From Parcubacteria group bacterium (GTDB lineage: Bacteria > Patescibacteriota > Minisyncoccia > Phycocordibacterales > 21-14-all-47-15): 64,000 bases of DNA. Below the pieces are notes generated by a model. The model did not search any database, was not told the DNA's origin, and worked only from the letters and a program-made list of their open reading frames with translations. Positions 26,247-36,600 of this stretch are shown here, piece by piece. A program made the position numbers and the translations under genes. Positions within the stretch are counted from its first letter, which is position 1, and each line of letters opens with the position of its first letter. The stretch is from contig JACOYO010000004.1 of NCBI GenBank assembly GCA_016181845.1, forward strand, positions 15,827 to 79,826, in the 5' to 3' direction.

Positions 26247-27392
26247 ATGGCTTTGGGAATCGGCATCGTTGGTTTACCGAACGTGGGGAAGTCCACGCTT
26301 TTTAACGCGCTTACCAAAAAATCGGTGCCGGCGGAAAATTATCCTTTTTGCACAATTGATCCTTCGGTGGGCGTGGTTGCTGTGCCGGACCTACGGCTTT
26401 CTAAACTTTCGACATTGTCAAAATCTGCAAAAACAATTCCCGCGGCGATAGAATTTGTGGATATTGCGGGATTGGTGAAAGGCGCTTCAGCGGGCGAGGG
26501 ATTAGGAAATAAATTTTTGGCGAATATCCGCGAAGTAGATGCCATTTTGGAAGTGGTGCGGATTTTTCCCGCCCAAGGCGGGTCCGCCTCGGGCGGAGAC
26601 GTTGTTCATGTATATGGAGAGATAGACCCAATGAGAGATATTGAAGTTATCAATCTTGAATTGATGATGGCGGATTTAGAGACGGTTACAAAAAGACTTG
26701 GAAATTTAGAAAAAGATGTGAAACGTGGAGACAAAGATGCTTTGGATGAAAAAGAAGTCCTTGAAAAAATTGCCGCGACACTAGAGGCCGGGAAGCTCGC
26801 GAAAGATATTTTCCAAAATGTTGAAAATGTTGGACATCCGATGTCCAACATTGAAGGAGTGGTTAAAAAACTTCATTTACTTACCATGAAGCCGATTTTA
26901 TACGCGCTCAACAAAAAATCCGGAGCAAAAAATCTTGATGAAGCGAAAGATGAACGCTGGGAGAAGCTCATGCGGTTTTTCAAAGATAAGAACGCTCAAT
27001 ATGTCATTTTTGACGCGAAGGTGGAAGACGAGCTGAAAGAATTTGCCGGAGAAGAAAAAGAAACATTTCGCAGAGAGCTTGGCGCAGAAGAGGGCGACGG
27101 GATAGACGCGCTTATTTCCGCAAGCTATACGTTGCTCGGATTGATTACTTATTTTACGACCGGTGAAGACGAAACGCGCGCGTGGACGATTAAAAAAGGA
27201 TGGACGGCGCCCGAGGCAGGCACGGCGATTCATACCGACTTCAAAGATAAATTTATTCGCGCTGAAGTGATTTGGTGGCAAGATTTGCTCACTGCCGGTT
27301 CTTATGTTGTTGCTAGAGAAAAAGGGCTTCTTCGCACCGAGGGCAAGGATTACATTGTGCAAGACGGAGATGTAATTGAATTTAAGATTTAG
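26247..27392 (+). CDS. ychF: Ribosome-binding ATPase YchF (Obg-like GTPase family)
   Basis: G1 GIVGLPNVGKSTLFNALT and the C-terminal TGS domain. It contains an in-frame copy of palindrome family P2 at 26826-26852. Confidence 0.9.
   Translation: MALGIGIVGLPNVGKSTLFNALTKKSVPAENYPFCTIDPSVGVVAVPDLRLSKLSTLSKSAKTIPAAIEFVDIAGLVKGASAGEGLGNKFLANIREVDAILEVVRIFPAQGGSASGGDVVHVYGEIDPMRDIEVINLELMMADLETVTKRLGNLEKDVKRGDKDALDEKEVLEKIAATLEAGKLAKDIFQNVENVGHPMSNIEGVVKKLHLLTMKPILYALNKKSGAKNLDEAKDERWEKLMRFFKDKNAQYVIFDAKVEDELKEFAGEEKETFRRELGAEEGDGIDALISASYTLLGLITYFTTGEDETRAWTIKKGWTAPEAGTAIHTDFKDKFIRAEVIWWQDLLTAGSYVVAREKGLLRTEGKDYIVQDGDVIEFKI
26826..26852. repeat. Family P2 palindrome AATGTTGGACAT-CCG-ATGTCCAACATT lying inside the ychF coding sequence
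   Basis: The same palindrome (with its spacer inverted) as the intergenic copies at 38472-38494 and 61353-61379. Here it encodes NVGHPMSNI. Confidence 0.55.
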
Positions 27393-27399
27393 TTACCTG

Positions 27400-27433
27400 T
27401 TACTTGGACGTTGGACGTCCGACGTCCAAGTAA
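27400..27433. repeat. Family P1 palindrome immediately after the ychF stop
   Basis: ttacttggacgttggacgtccgacgtccaagtaa. Confidence 0.55.
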
Positions 27434-27518
27434 CTAAAGTTCAAAATATAAGCCTTCTTTTCTGACATACTTATGCACAAAAATCCCTTTCTTTTTTAAG
27501 GGATTTTTGATATAATGG

Positions 27519-29639
27519 ATGTATGAAATTGTGCCGATTTTGGCGCAATTTTCTATCTATTTTATGACCCCAAACGAACATCATTATAGAGCCGAAGATA
27601 TCTCTGTCTTGGAGGGGCTTGAGCCGGTGCGTAAACGCCCGGGCATGTATATCGGTACGACCGGCCCCGACGGTCTGCATCATTTGGTGTGGGAAATTTT
27701 TGACAACGGCCGCGATGAGGCGATGGGGGGGTTTGCCGACCATATTGAGATTGCGCTTTTGCCGGGCAATCGGGTGCGTGTGGTAGACAACGGCCGCGGT
27801 ATTCCTGTTGATATTCACAAACAAACAAAAGTTTCGGCTCTTGAGACAGTTATGACCACCTTGCACGCCGGCGGGAAATTCGGTGGTGAAGGATATAAAA
27901 TTTCTGGCGGTTTGCACGGAGTCGGCGCTTCGGTGGTCAACGCGCTCTCTATTTACGCGCGGGTAGATGTGCATCGCGATGGCGGCGTCTACATGCAGGA
28001 ATACAAACAGGGCAAAAGAAAAGCGGCAGTTAAAAAAATCGCTTCTTCAAAATCAAACGGCACGATTGTCACCTTTGAACCGGATGCAGAGATTTTTAAA
28101 GAAATCGTGTTTGATTGGAAAAAAATTATTGACCACATGCGGCAACAGGCATATTTGGTCAAAAAACTTCATATTACGGTGATTGACGCTCGCGCGTATG
28201 TAAAAAACATTGATACCGAATCGGCTTTTTATCTTTCAGAGCTTAATCTTGAAGTGCCGTCAATGTCCTTTTATTTTGAAGGAGGTTTGGAATCGCTTGT
28301 AAAATTTTATAATGAACACCAAAAACCGGTCCATAAAAATGTGTTTTATACTGAAAAAGAGAAAGACGGCGTAATGGTTGAAGTCGCGTTGCAGTATGTT
28401 GATGATATTTCTTCCAGGGAAGTTGCTTTTGCAAATAATATTTATAATCCGGAAGGTGGCATGCACGTAACCGGATTTCGCACCGCGCTAACCCGCATTC
28501 TAAATGATTACGGCAAGAAAAATAATTTACTCAAAGAGGCCGACGGCGCGCTCTCTGGGGACGATGTGCGAGAAGGTATGACGGCGGTTCTCTCGGTAAA
28601 ACTCCGCGAAATTCAATTTGAAGGGCAGACGAAAGGGAAGTTGGGGAGCGTTGAGGCGCGCGGTGCTGTTGAATCGGTATTCGGCGAAGCGTTTGCCGCA
28701 TTTCTTGAAGAAAACCCAGATGATGCGCGCGGTATTTTAAGCAAGGTGCTCTTGGCGCTTCGCGCTCGCAAGGCGGCAAAGGCGGCAAAAGACAGCGTGC
28801 TCCGCAAAGGCGCGCTTGAAGGCATGACATTGCCCGGGAAGCTTGCCGATTGTCAGACCAAAGACGCCGCGGAATCGGAGCTCTTTATCGTGGAAGGAGA
28901 ATCTGCCGGCGGTTCATCAAAACAAGGGCGCGACCGGCGTACACAGGCGGTGCTTCCGCTCAAGGGCAAAATCTTGAATGTAGAACGCGCGCGTCTTGAT
29001 AAAATGCTTGTATCGCAGGAAATCAAATCACTCGTCATTGCTTTGGGGACCGCGATCGCCGATACGTTTGATATTTCAAAATTGCGGTATCATAAAGTTA
29101 TTATTGCAACCGATGCCGATGTGGACGGCGCCCACATTCGCACGCTACTCCTCACGCTTTTTTATAGATATTTCAAACAGCTTGTTGAAGACGGGTATAT
29201 TTATATCGCACAGCCGCCGCTCTACAAAATCCAAAAAGGAAAAGAGATTCACTATGCCTATTCGGAAGAGGAAAAAATGAGTGTCTTGCGAACGCTCGGT
29301 ATCAAAGAGGAGGAAATAAAAGAAGATGAACCCGATGAGGAAGACGCTGAAACAAAAACAAATGAAAAAGAGAAAGATGGGGAAGAGAAAGATGGGGAAG
29401 AGAAAGAAATAAAGAGGACGCCGAAAGTTGGCATCCAGCGTTACAAAGGATTGGGAGAAATGAATCCGGATGAATTGTGGGAAACTACGATGAATCCAGA
29501 AACGCGTATTTTGAAGCAAGTGACAATAGAAGACGCGCAAGATGCCGACCGCGTGTTTGATACGCTCATGGGGACTGATGTGCCGTCGCGCAAACTATTC
29601 ATTCAAAACAACGCCAAGATGGCAAACATTGATGTTTAG
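27519..29639 (+). CDS. gyrB: DNA gyrase subunit B (type IIA topoisomerase ATPase/TOPRIM subunit)
   Basis: GHKL ATPase and TOPRIM motifs (RPGMYIGTTG, EGDSAGG-like EGESAGGS, PLKGKILNVE). Contains a Glu/Lys/Asp-rich insertion with an 18-bp tandem repeat. The true start is probably the Met at 27564. Confidence 0.85.
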   Translation: MYEIVPILAQFSIYFMTPNEHHYRAEDISVLEGLEPVRKRPGMYIGTTGPDGLHHLVWEIFDNGRDEAMGGFADHIEIALLPGNRVRVVDNGRGIPVDIHKQTKVSALETVMTTLHAGGKFGGEGYKISGGLHGVGASVVNALSIYARVDVHRDGGVYMQEYKQGKRKAAVKKIASSKSNGTIVTFEPDAEIFKEIVFDWKKIIDHMRQQAYLVKKLHITVIDARAYVKNIDTESAFYLSELNLEVPSMSFYFEGGLESLVKFYNEHQKPVHKNVFYTEKEKDGVMVEVALQYVDDISSREVAFANNIYNPEGGMHVTGFRTALTRILNDYGKKNNLLKEADGALSGDDVREGMTAVLSVKLREIQFEGQTKGKLGSVEARGAVESVFGEAFAAFLEENPDDARGILSKVLLALRARKAAKAAKDSVLRKGALEGMTLPGKLADCQTKDAAESELFIVEGESAGGSSKQGRDRRTQAVLPLKGKILNVERARLDKMLVSQEIKSLVIALGTAIADTFDISKLRYHKVIIATDADVDGAHIRTLLLTLFYRYFKQLVEDGYIYIAQPPLYKIQKGKEIHYAYSEEEKMSVLRTLGIKEEEIKEDEPDEEDAETKTNEKEKDGEEKDGEEKEIKRTPKVGIQRYKGLGEMNPDELWETTMNPETRILKQVTIEDAQDADRVFDTLMGTDVPSRKLFIQNNAKMANIDV

Positions 29640-29719
29640 ATGTACTATTGATCAAAAGGGTATGTGAATGGAATCTTTGTTCTTTATAAAAATATAAAAA
29701 TTAAAAAAGGAGAAACGCC

Positions 29720-30406
29720 GTGACGAATCTTGAAGAAAATCGTGCGAAAGCGCTACGTTTAGAAGACGCGCTTAGCATGAGTTATAGCTCAATTGTAAAA
29801 AAAATTATCGTCATTGCCAAAGAAGCTTATAATGGCGCTATCAGAAAAAATACTGACGAATGGTATCTTTTGCACGCGTTTCGTGTCGGGCTCATTCTAT
29901 GGCAATTAAAAGCCAACGAATATGTCATCTCGGCTGGGTTATTGCACGGCGTATTGGAGCACACAAAATGGAAAAAAGACGACCTCGCGCGGCGGCTCGA
30001 TGAGGTATTTGCTCATAATACGGTCAAACAAATCATCGCGCATATTGCCGCGGTCACGGAATATTTTGAAGGAAATGTGTCGTGGCGGGAACGCAAGGAA
30101 AAATTTTTACAGCACCAACGCACCAAGCCGACCGACGTGCTTTTGATTGTGTTTGCAGACAAGCTTGATATTTTGGCGTCTCTTGCTGCAGATTTTGAAA
30201 AACGAGGAGATAAGATATGGGGCACATTGAGTACTTCCGACACGTCAACGCGCGGCGACTACTATACAAATCTCTATCATTTATTTACCGTTCGTCTTGT
30301 GGAAAAAAATGGCATCTTGAAATTTTTTAAGCAGTATGAGACGTATTTAAAGGTTCTTTTCCCTTCTGTTCCTGACCACAATCAAACGAACATAACCCCT
30401 ATCTGA
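29720..30406 (+). CDS. HD-domain protein related to the (p)ppGpp hydrolase (SpoT/RelA HD) fold
   Basis: GTG start after an AAGGAG RBS; HD-region motifs LLHAFRVG...GLLHGVLEHT. Confidence 0.55.
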   Translation: MTNLEENRAKALRLEDALSMSYSSIVKKIIVIAKEAYNGAIRKNTDEWYLLHAFRVGLILWQLKANEYVISAGLLHGVLEHTKWKKDDLARRLDEVFAHNTVKQIIAHIAAVTEYFEGNVSWRERKEKFLQHQRTKPTDVLLIVFADKLDILASLAADFEKRGDKIWGTLSTSDTSTRGDYYTNLYHLFTVRLVEKNGILKFFKQYETYLKVLFPSVPDHNQTNITPI

Positions 30407-30423
30407 AAAGATAGGGGTTCTTG

Positions 30424-32169
30424 CTATTTTTCCAGAGAAATCATCTGAATAAATTTTTCTATTGGCATTTGTCCAAGCGAGCCGCCATCACGGCTTTCAA
30501 CAGTGACAGCCAGCGAAGCTTTTTCTTTGTCGCCTACGACTAATAGATAGGGAATTTTTTGCAGTTTTGCGTTTCTGATTTTTTTGCCCAACGTTTCATT
30601 GCTTTCGTCAAGCATAGCGCGAGCGCCCGATATTTTCAATTGCTCATGTACTGATTGCGCGTAGGAAAGATGCGCTTCGCTGATAGGGATGATGATTGCC
30701 TGCACAGGAGCAAGCCAGACTGGGAAATTGCCGGCGAAATGTTCAATAATGACCGACAGGAATCGTTCAATAGAGCCGGCAACCGCGCGGTGAATCATGA
30801 CGGGCGTTTTTTTCTTGCCGTCTTTGTCGTTGTATTCCAAACCGAATCGCGCGGGCATATTGAAATCAATCTGAATGGTCGCCAATTGCCACTCTCGTCC
30901 GATGGCATCTTTAAACATGAAATCAAGTTTTGGTCCGTAGAATGCCGCCTCACCTTCAATCCGTTTGTACGGGAGCTTTTCTTCTTTTGCGACTTTTTCA
31001 AGCATATGCTCGGCGGTATCCCAGTTTTTGGCATCGCCCAAATATTTTTCTGGAAGCTTCGGGTCGCGTACCGAGAGCGACACCCAATATGAATCTTTTT
31101 CAAACATACCGAGCGAAGTGTAAAACTCGCGTATAACTGTCACGATATTTTTTGCCTCCGTTTCCACTTGGCCAATCGCGCAAAATACATGGCCGTCGTC
31201 TTGCGTGAGCGAGCGGACACGCGAGAGCCCCAAAAGCTCGCCCGGCTGTTCGTCGCGGTAGTTGGTAGTCACTTCCATGAAGCGCACCGGTAAATCTTTG
31301 TAACTTCTCTGCGCCGAAGCATAAATCTGCGTGTGGTGCGGGCAATTCATCGGCTTCATCACGAATTCCGCGTCTCCTTTGCCTTTGACATGAAAGAGGT
31401 CGTCACGGAATTTATCCCAATGGCCAGATGTTTGGTAGAGTTCTTTTTTGGCGATGTGAGGAATCCACACGCGCTCATATCCGAAGCGTATTTGAATGCT
31501 ACGGATTTTTTCGGCAATGACATCGCGAATGATGGTCCCTTTGGGGGTGAATAAGGGAAGCCCGGGACCTACCAAATCAGAGAAGGTGAAAAGCCCCAGT
31601 TCTTTTCCGATTTTTCGATGGTCGCGTTTTGCCGCTTCCTCGCGGAATTTTTTATATACATCAAGCGCTTCTTTGTTTTCAAACGCAAGCCCGTAGATGC
31701 GCGTGAGCATTTTGTTTTTCTCGTCGCCGCGCCAATATGCGCCGGCGATATGCGAAAGTTCAAATGCGTCGGTATTTATTTCTTTTGTATTGGCAACATG
31801 CGGCCCTTCGCAGAGGTCGGTAAAATCGCCGGTTTTATAAACAGTGATTTTTTCGCCCGCTTTTGCAAATTCATCTATGAGTTCTAATTTATACGGCTCA
31901 TTTTTGAAAAATGCCCGAGCTTCTTTTTCATCAAGCTCTTCTTTTTTGAAATCAAGATTTGATGAAGCCGATTTCTTCATCTGCTTTTGCAAATCTTTCA
32001 AATCTTTGTCCGCAGGAGCTTCTCCTCCTGAGAAATCAAAATCGTAATAGAAACCGGTATCAATGACCGGACCGATGGCGAGCTTCGCGTGCGGATATTT
32101 TTTCTTTACCGCGATGGCGAGCATGTGAGAAAGCGAATGGCGGATGTTGTAGAGGTTGTCGTTCCGCAT
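30424..32169 (-). CDS. thrS: Threonine--tRNA ligase lacking the N-terminal TGS domain
   Basis: The second additional domain with HxxxH/CxxxH (RHSLSHM, CEGPHV), the class II core (RDHRKIGKELGLF, FRGL motif, HRAVAGSIERF) and the anticodon-binding domain; 581 aa. Confidence 0.9.
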   Translation of the reverse strand: MRNDNLYNIRHSLSHMLAIAVKKKYPHAKLAIGPVIDTGFYYDFDFSGGEAPADKDLKDLQKQMKKSASSNLDFKKEELDEKEARAFFKNEPYKLELIDEFAKAGEKITVYKTGDFTDLCEGPHVANTKEINTDAFELSHIAGAYWRGDEKNKMLTRIYGLAFENKEALDVYKKFREEAAKRDHRKIGKELGLFTFSDLVGPGLPLFTPKGTIIRDVIAEKIRSIQIRFGYERVWIPHIAKKELYQTSGHWDKFRDDLFHVKGKGDAEFVMKPMNCPHHTQIYASAQRSYKDLPVRFMEVTTNYRDEQPGELLGLSRVRSLTQDDGHVFCAIGQVETEAKNIVTVIREFYTSLGMFEKDSYWVSLSVRDPKLPEKYLGDAKNWDTAEHMLEKVAKEEKLPYKRIEGEAAFYGPKLDFMFKDAIGREWQLATIQIDFNMPARFGLEYNDKDGKKKTPVMIHRAVAGSIERFLSVIIEHFAGNFPVWLAPVQAIIIPISEAHLSYAQSVHEQLKISGARAMLDESNETLGKKIRNAKLQKIPYLLVVGDKEKASLAVTVESRDGGSLGQMPIEKFIQMISLEK

Positions 32170-32302
32170 AGATTATATAGTATCATTTATGCCAAAAATC
32201 TCGAAGGGGTTGACAGTTCTAATTACCCATGTTACACTTGAAAAAATCTTGTAGTTGTTTGAGAACATAAAAATAACACTATTTTTTGGAAAGGGGCAGT
32301 AT

Positions 32303-32713
32303 ATGGAGCTTATTGGCATACTTGGTCTTGGTTTCGGCGCACTCGTTTTTTTTATTATATTTATGATAGATGACAAGCCTTGTGGGGTTCAGGAGAGAAT
32401 CCTGGCAGGGGTAAACCAATGCGGTATCTGTCAAAAAAAAGGCGAGGCAAGAAAGGGATATATCCTCGACTATGATTGGGATGGTCCAAGCGCAGTCTCT
32501 TATGTGCATGAAGAGTGTCTGGCATCCGTCAAAAGAAATCCTGAAAAATTTGACAAATCGACGGTAATTTTTGTCAACAGGATTTTCAGTGCGAGTGCGT
32601 TGGAGCAAAGTAGTGAGGAAGATTTTTCAGAAGATTTTTCACAGTATTTGGCGAGAATCTGGGGTAAGAGCCCGGAAGGAATAAGGAGGGGTGGAGTTTT
32701 ACCCCAGTCATAG
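32303..32713 (+). CDS. Hypothetical protein with an N-terminal TM helix and a possible Cys4 zinc-ribbon
   Basis: The start is set at MELIGILG (RBS aaagggg). Cysteines CGV...CGIC...EEC. Confidence 0.45.
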   Translation: MELIGILGLGFGALVFFIIFMIDDKPCGVQERILAGVNQCGICQKKGEARKGYILDYDWDGPSAVSYVHEECLASVKRNPEKFDKSTVIFVNRIFSASALEQSSEEDFSEDFSQYLARIWGKSPEGIRRGGVLPQS

Positions 32714-32725
32714 TACCTAAAATTT

Positions 32726-32770
32726 AGCCTCATTTGTTTTGTTTTGAAACAAATGAGGCTTTTATTTTTT
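32726..32770 (+). terminator. Rho-independent terminator
   Basis: 11-bp stem agcctcatttg/caaatgaggct followed by a T-run. Confidence 0.6.
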
Positions 32771-32788
32771 AATTTTTTAATGTTATTT

Positions 32789-32886
32789 TTACAACTCTTT
32801 CACCGCTTCGGTGATGAGCGATAGCTCGTCGTTTCGGTCTGAAAGACGGCCTTTGATAACGACGCATTTGTCGGGCGTGAGCATGC
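32789..32886 (-). pseudogene. Diverged duplicate of the dnaE 3' end (last ~32 codons plus the stop)
   Basis: About 84% identical to 33602-33699; its reverse complement translates to ...PDKCVVIKGRLSDRNDELSLITEAVKEL*. Confidence 0.6.
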
Positions 32887-32992
32887 GCGCGAAAAGATGT
32901 TTATCTAGTCTAGAGCTTTTAATATCCCAGAATAGTGTCGACACTATTCGGTGGATTATTTTGTTTAATTGAATTCAGGGTACCACATGATA

Positions 32993-33020
32993 TTGACAAA
33001 ATAATATTTTCATATATAAT
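32993..33020 (+). promoter_or_regulatory. Near-consensus sigma70 promoter inside the cassette
   Basis: TTGACA, a 16-nt spacer and TATAAT. Confidence 0.45.
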
Positions 33021-33092
33021 AACACTCAGATTTTGCGACAGTTAGTTGAAAATAATAACCCCACTTAATTCATAAGCAAAAGGAGGATCGCA

Positions 33093-33533
33093 ATGTTTCA
33101 GTTAGAAAGTTCGTTAAATGATGGTGATAGAAGAAGTGCGTTGTTTGAGTGTTTTGAGAACATATTGAGCTTAGCGATTTTTCTTTCTGTTTGTCGTGTG
33201 TTATATGGTCTTTGCACTGAAGAATACTCAACTTCTTTTAATGGGGTAGCGCCAATAAATATTATTGATGGTTTTGCTGCTCTAACACTTTTTTTCTGTG
33301 TATTCATTATTCCAATTTTGCTGTTAGTAAATGCACTAATCATTTTGATAATAGATTTACCAAAACAGCTTATCGCAATTTGGAAAAAATCCGGAGTCAA
33401 TAACATAGTGATTGAATGTATGGTTGTGTTTATGGTGTTGCTATTGATCCATCCTTTTTTTTGGAGTACACCATGGTTGTATCTTGCGGCTTATGATATA
33501 TGTTGGTTTTTTGCTTGGAGGGTCATAACGTGA
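33093..33533 (+). CDS. Hypothetical small membrane protein encoded by the cassette between the dnaE 3' repeats
   Basis: 146 aa, 4 TM, very AT-rich codon usage. A terminator follows at 33543-33590. Confidence 0.5.
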   Translation: MFQLESSLNDGDRRSALFECFENILSLAIFLSVCRVLYGLCTEEYSTSFNGVAPINIIDGFAALTLFFCVFIIPILLLVNALIILIIDLPKQLIAIWKKSGVNNIVIECMVVFMVLLLIHPFFWSTPWLYLAAYDICWFFAWRVIT

Positions 33534-33601
33534 CCCTCAAAAAAAGCCCTTGTCACTAAGAAGACATAAGGGCTTTTTCTTTTATGAAAATCATCACGAC
33601 G

Positions 33602-36600
33602 TTACAACTCTTTCACAGCTTCGGCGATGATAGAGAGTTCGTCGTTCCTGTCAGAAAGACGGCCTTTGATAACTACGCATTTGTCTGGCGCGAGCATCAT
33701 TTTATATTCTGTAAAAGTGCGCGGGAATACGACTGCCTCTATGGTTCCGCTAAAGTCGGCAAATTTCAAAAACACCATACGCTCGCCTTTTTTGGTGACC
33801 ACTTCGCGCGCTTCTTCAATGATACCGCCGATAATCACTTGCGCGCTAGTGGAGCCCGCCTCTCTTAATTGTTTAATGCTGGTGCCGCTTTTTTCTAATC
33901 GTTCGCGATATTTTTCAAGCGGATGACCGGAGATATAGAGCCCGAGCAATTCTTTTTCCCACCCCAATTTTTCTTCATTTGAAATAGGAGGCGTGTTTTT
34001 GAGAGTGAGTCCGGGTATAGATGAATCGCTCTCCATCAAACCAAAAAGCGATTCTTGCGAAGCCGAGTGCTGTAAAGATGCGCGGTTGTAGACGAGCGCT
34101 TCTTCAATATTCCCAAAAAGTGAGCCGCGTTCTCCAAGCGTGTCCATGGCGCCCGATTTTACCAGCGCTTCAAGCGATTTCTTGTTCAAATTTTTATGCT
34201 TCACGCGGTCAAGAAAATTGGAATATGAAATAAAGGCGCCCGATTTTTTTCGCTCGGCGATGATGGCGTCAGCGATATCTTGACCCAAGTTTTTGATTGT
34301 GTACAGCCCAAAGCGGATGGCATCGCTGGCCGTGGTTTCTCCTTTGATGGCTGTAAAATCTCCGAAGCTTTCGTTGATGTCTGGCGGAAGCACTGGAATT
34401 TTCATCCGCTGGCACTCATGGATGATTTCGGCAATTTTTTCCACGTCGCCTGATTCTGCGGTAAGGACGGCGGTCATGTACTCGGTCGGGAAATTCGCTT
34501 TCATGTAGGCGGTTTGATAAGCGACGAGCCCGTAGCTGACCGAATGCGCTTTATTGAAGCCGTATGCGGCAAACGGCTCAATCCACGACCATATTTGCTC
34601 GGCTTTTTTCTTGCTCCAGCCGCTGGTCTTGATGCAGCCGTTGATAAATTTATCTTTCTGCGCCTGCATTTCTTCGGGGATTTTTTTACCGACGGCTTTT
34701 CTGAATTTATCTATTTCAAGCCATGAGTATCCGGCAAGCTCCCGCGCCATAACGAGCAGGTCGTCTTGGTATACTAAAATCCCGTAGGTTAGTTTCAAGA
34801 TTTTTTCCAGCGCTGGGTCGAGATAGCGGATGAGCTCCGGATTGTGTTTGCGCGCGATGTAGTCGGGGATAAACTGCATCGGACCCGGGCGGTAGAGCGC
34901 CACCATGGCGTTGATGTCGTGGATCGTGGTCGGTTTCAATTCTTTCAAATATCGCGTCATGCCGGAGCCGTTCAATTGGAAAAGCCCCATGGTTTCTCCG
35001 CGCGCGAGCATCTTGAATGTTTTTGGGTCGTCGAGCGGAATGTGCTCAATATCAATATCAGCATCACAGAATTTTTTTGTAAGACGAACCGCGTCCGAAA
35101 GAATGGAAAGGTTTCTAATTCCCAAAAAATCAAATTTTAGGAGCCCCGCGTCTTCTATTGAATACATGTCGTACTGCGTGATAATTTTTCCACCTTTGGG
35201 GTCAAATTGGAGCGGCGCAAATTCGGTGAGCGGAACTGGAGAAATGACGACGCCCGCGGCGTGAATAGAAATATGGCGGGCGCACCCTTCGATTTTTTTT
35301 GCCAAGTCAATGATTTCTTTGGTAGTGGTATCTTCTTTGTATAATGTTGCGAGTTCAGGCGTGATTTCCAACGCATGGTCAATCGTCATCGGGAATCCCT
35401 GTGAGCCCATGGGGATGAGTTTTGCAATTTTATCTCCCACCACATACTCATGTCCGAGCGAGCGGGCGATGTCGCGCACAGAACCGCGCGCCATCATTGT
35501 GCCGAATGTGCCGATTTGCGCGACGCGGTCTTCGCCGTATGTTTTTTTTACATATGTAAGCATTTCGTCGCGGCGATTGTCGGCGAAGTCCATATCAATA
35601 TCAGGCGCCGAAGGGCGTTCCGGATTCAAAAATCGTTCAAACGGAATTTTATACTCCAGTGGATTGACATTAGTTATGCCGGTAAGATAAGTGACGAGCG
35701 AACCGGATACCGAACCTCTGATGTTTGTCAAAATATGATTTTCCCGCGCGTACCGGAGGAGGTCAGACACCACAAGAAAATAGGGCGCGTAACCTTTATC
35801 GCGGATAATTTTTAATTCATACTCAATACGTTCTTTTACCTCGTCTGTTTCGCCGACACCGCGTTTCGTAAGCCCGCCATAGGCAAATTCACGCAATTTT
35901 TGGTCGTAGCTAACGCCGTCTTCAATCGGCAAATCAGGAAACACCCATTTGCCGAGCTCAAGCGTCACATTGGCGCGGTCTGCGATGCGGCCGGTGTTTT
36001 CTATCGCATCGGGAATGTTGCCGAAATATTCTCTCGCTTGCGCTTCGGAAATAAACGAGGTGTCAACATCGCCAATCTGCATGTCGGCCAAGTCGCGGCT
36101 TGATTGAATGGCGAGCATGGTATCGCGCGCGCGCTTATCTTCTGGATTCAAATAATAAAAATCTTGCGCCGCGACGATAGGTATTCCTATTTTTTTTCCG
36201 AGTTCTGTCAATTTTTTTTGTACTTCCTCATGACCTTCTATTTCCGGATGATGGGTTATCTCAAAAAAATAATTGCCGGAGCCGAAAATTTGGAGATGTT
36301 CTCTCGCGACTTGCTCGGCTTTCTCCCAATCGTTGTTGCGGAGCGCGCGCGACACCTCTCCGCCGAATGTGCCTGAAAGACAAATCAATCCTTCATGATA
36401 TTTTTGTAGGAGTTCTTTATCAATGCGTGGCTTGTAGTAGTAACCCTCAAGGTGGGATTGGGTGACGAGTTTGAGTAGATTTTTATAGCCGATATTGTTC
36501 TCTGCCAAAAGCACCAGATTGAAACGACGGTTGTCGACGCCCGCCTGCTTGTCGTGGCGACTGCGGACTGCAACATACGCGTCAATACCGAAAATCGGTT

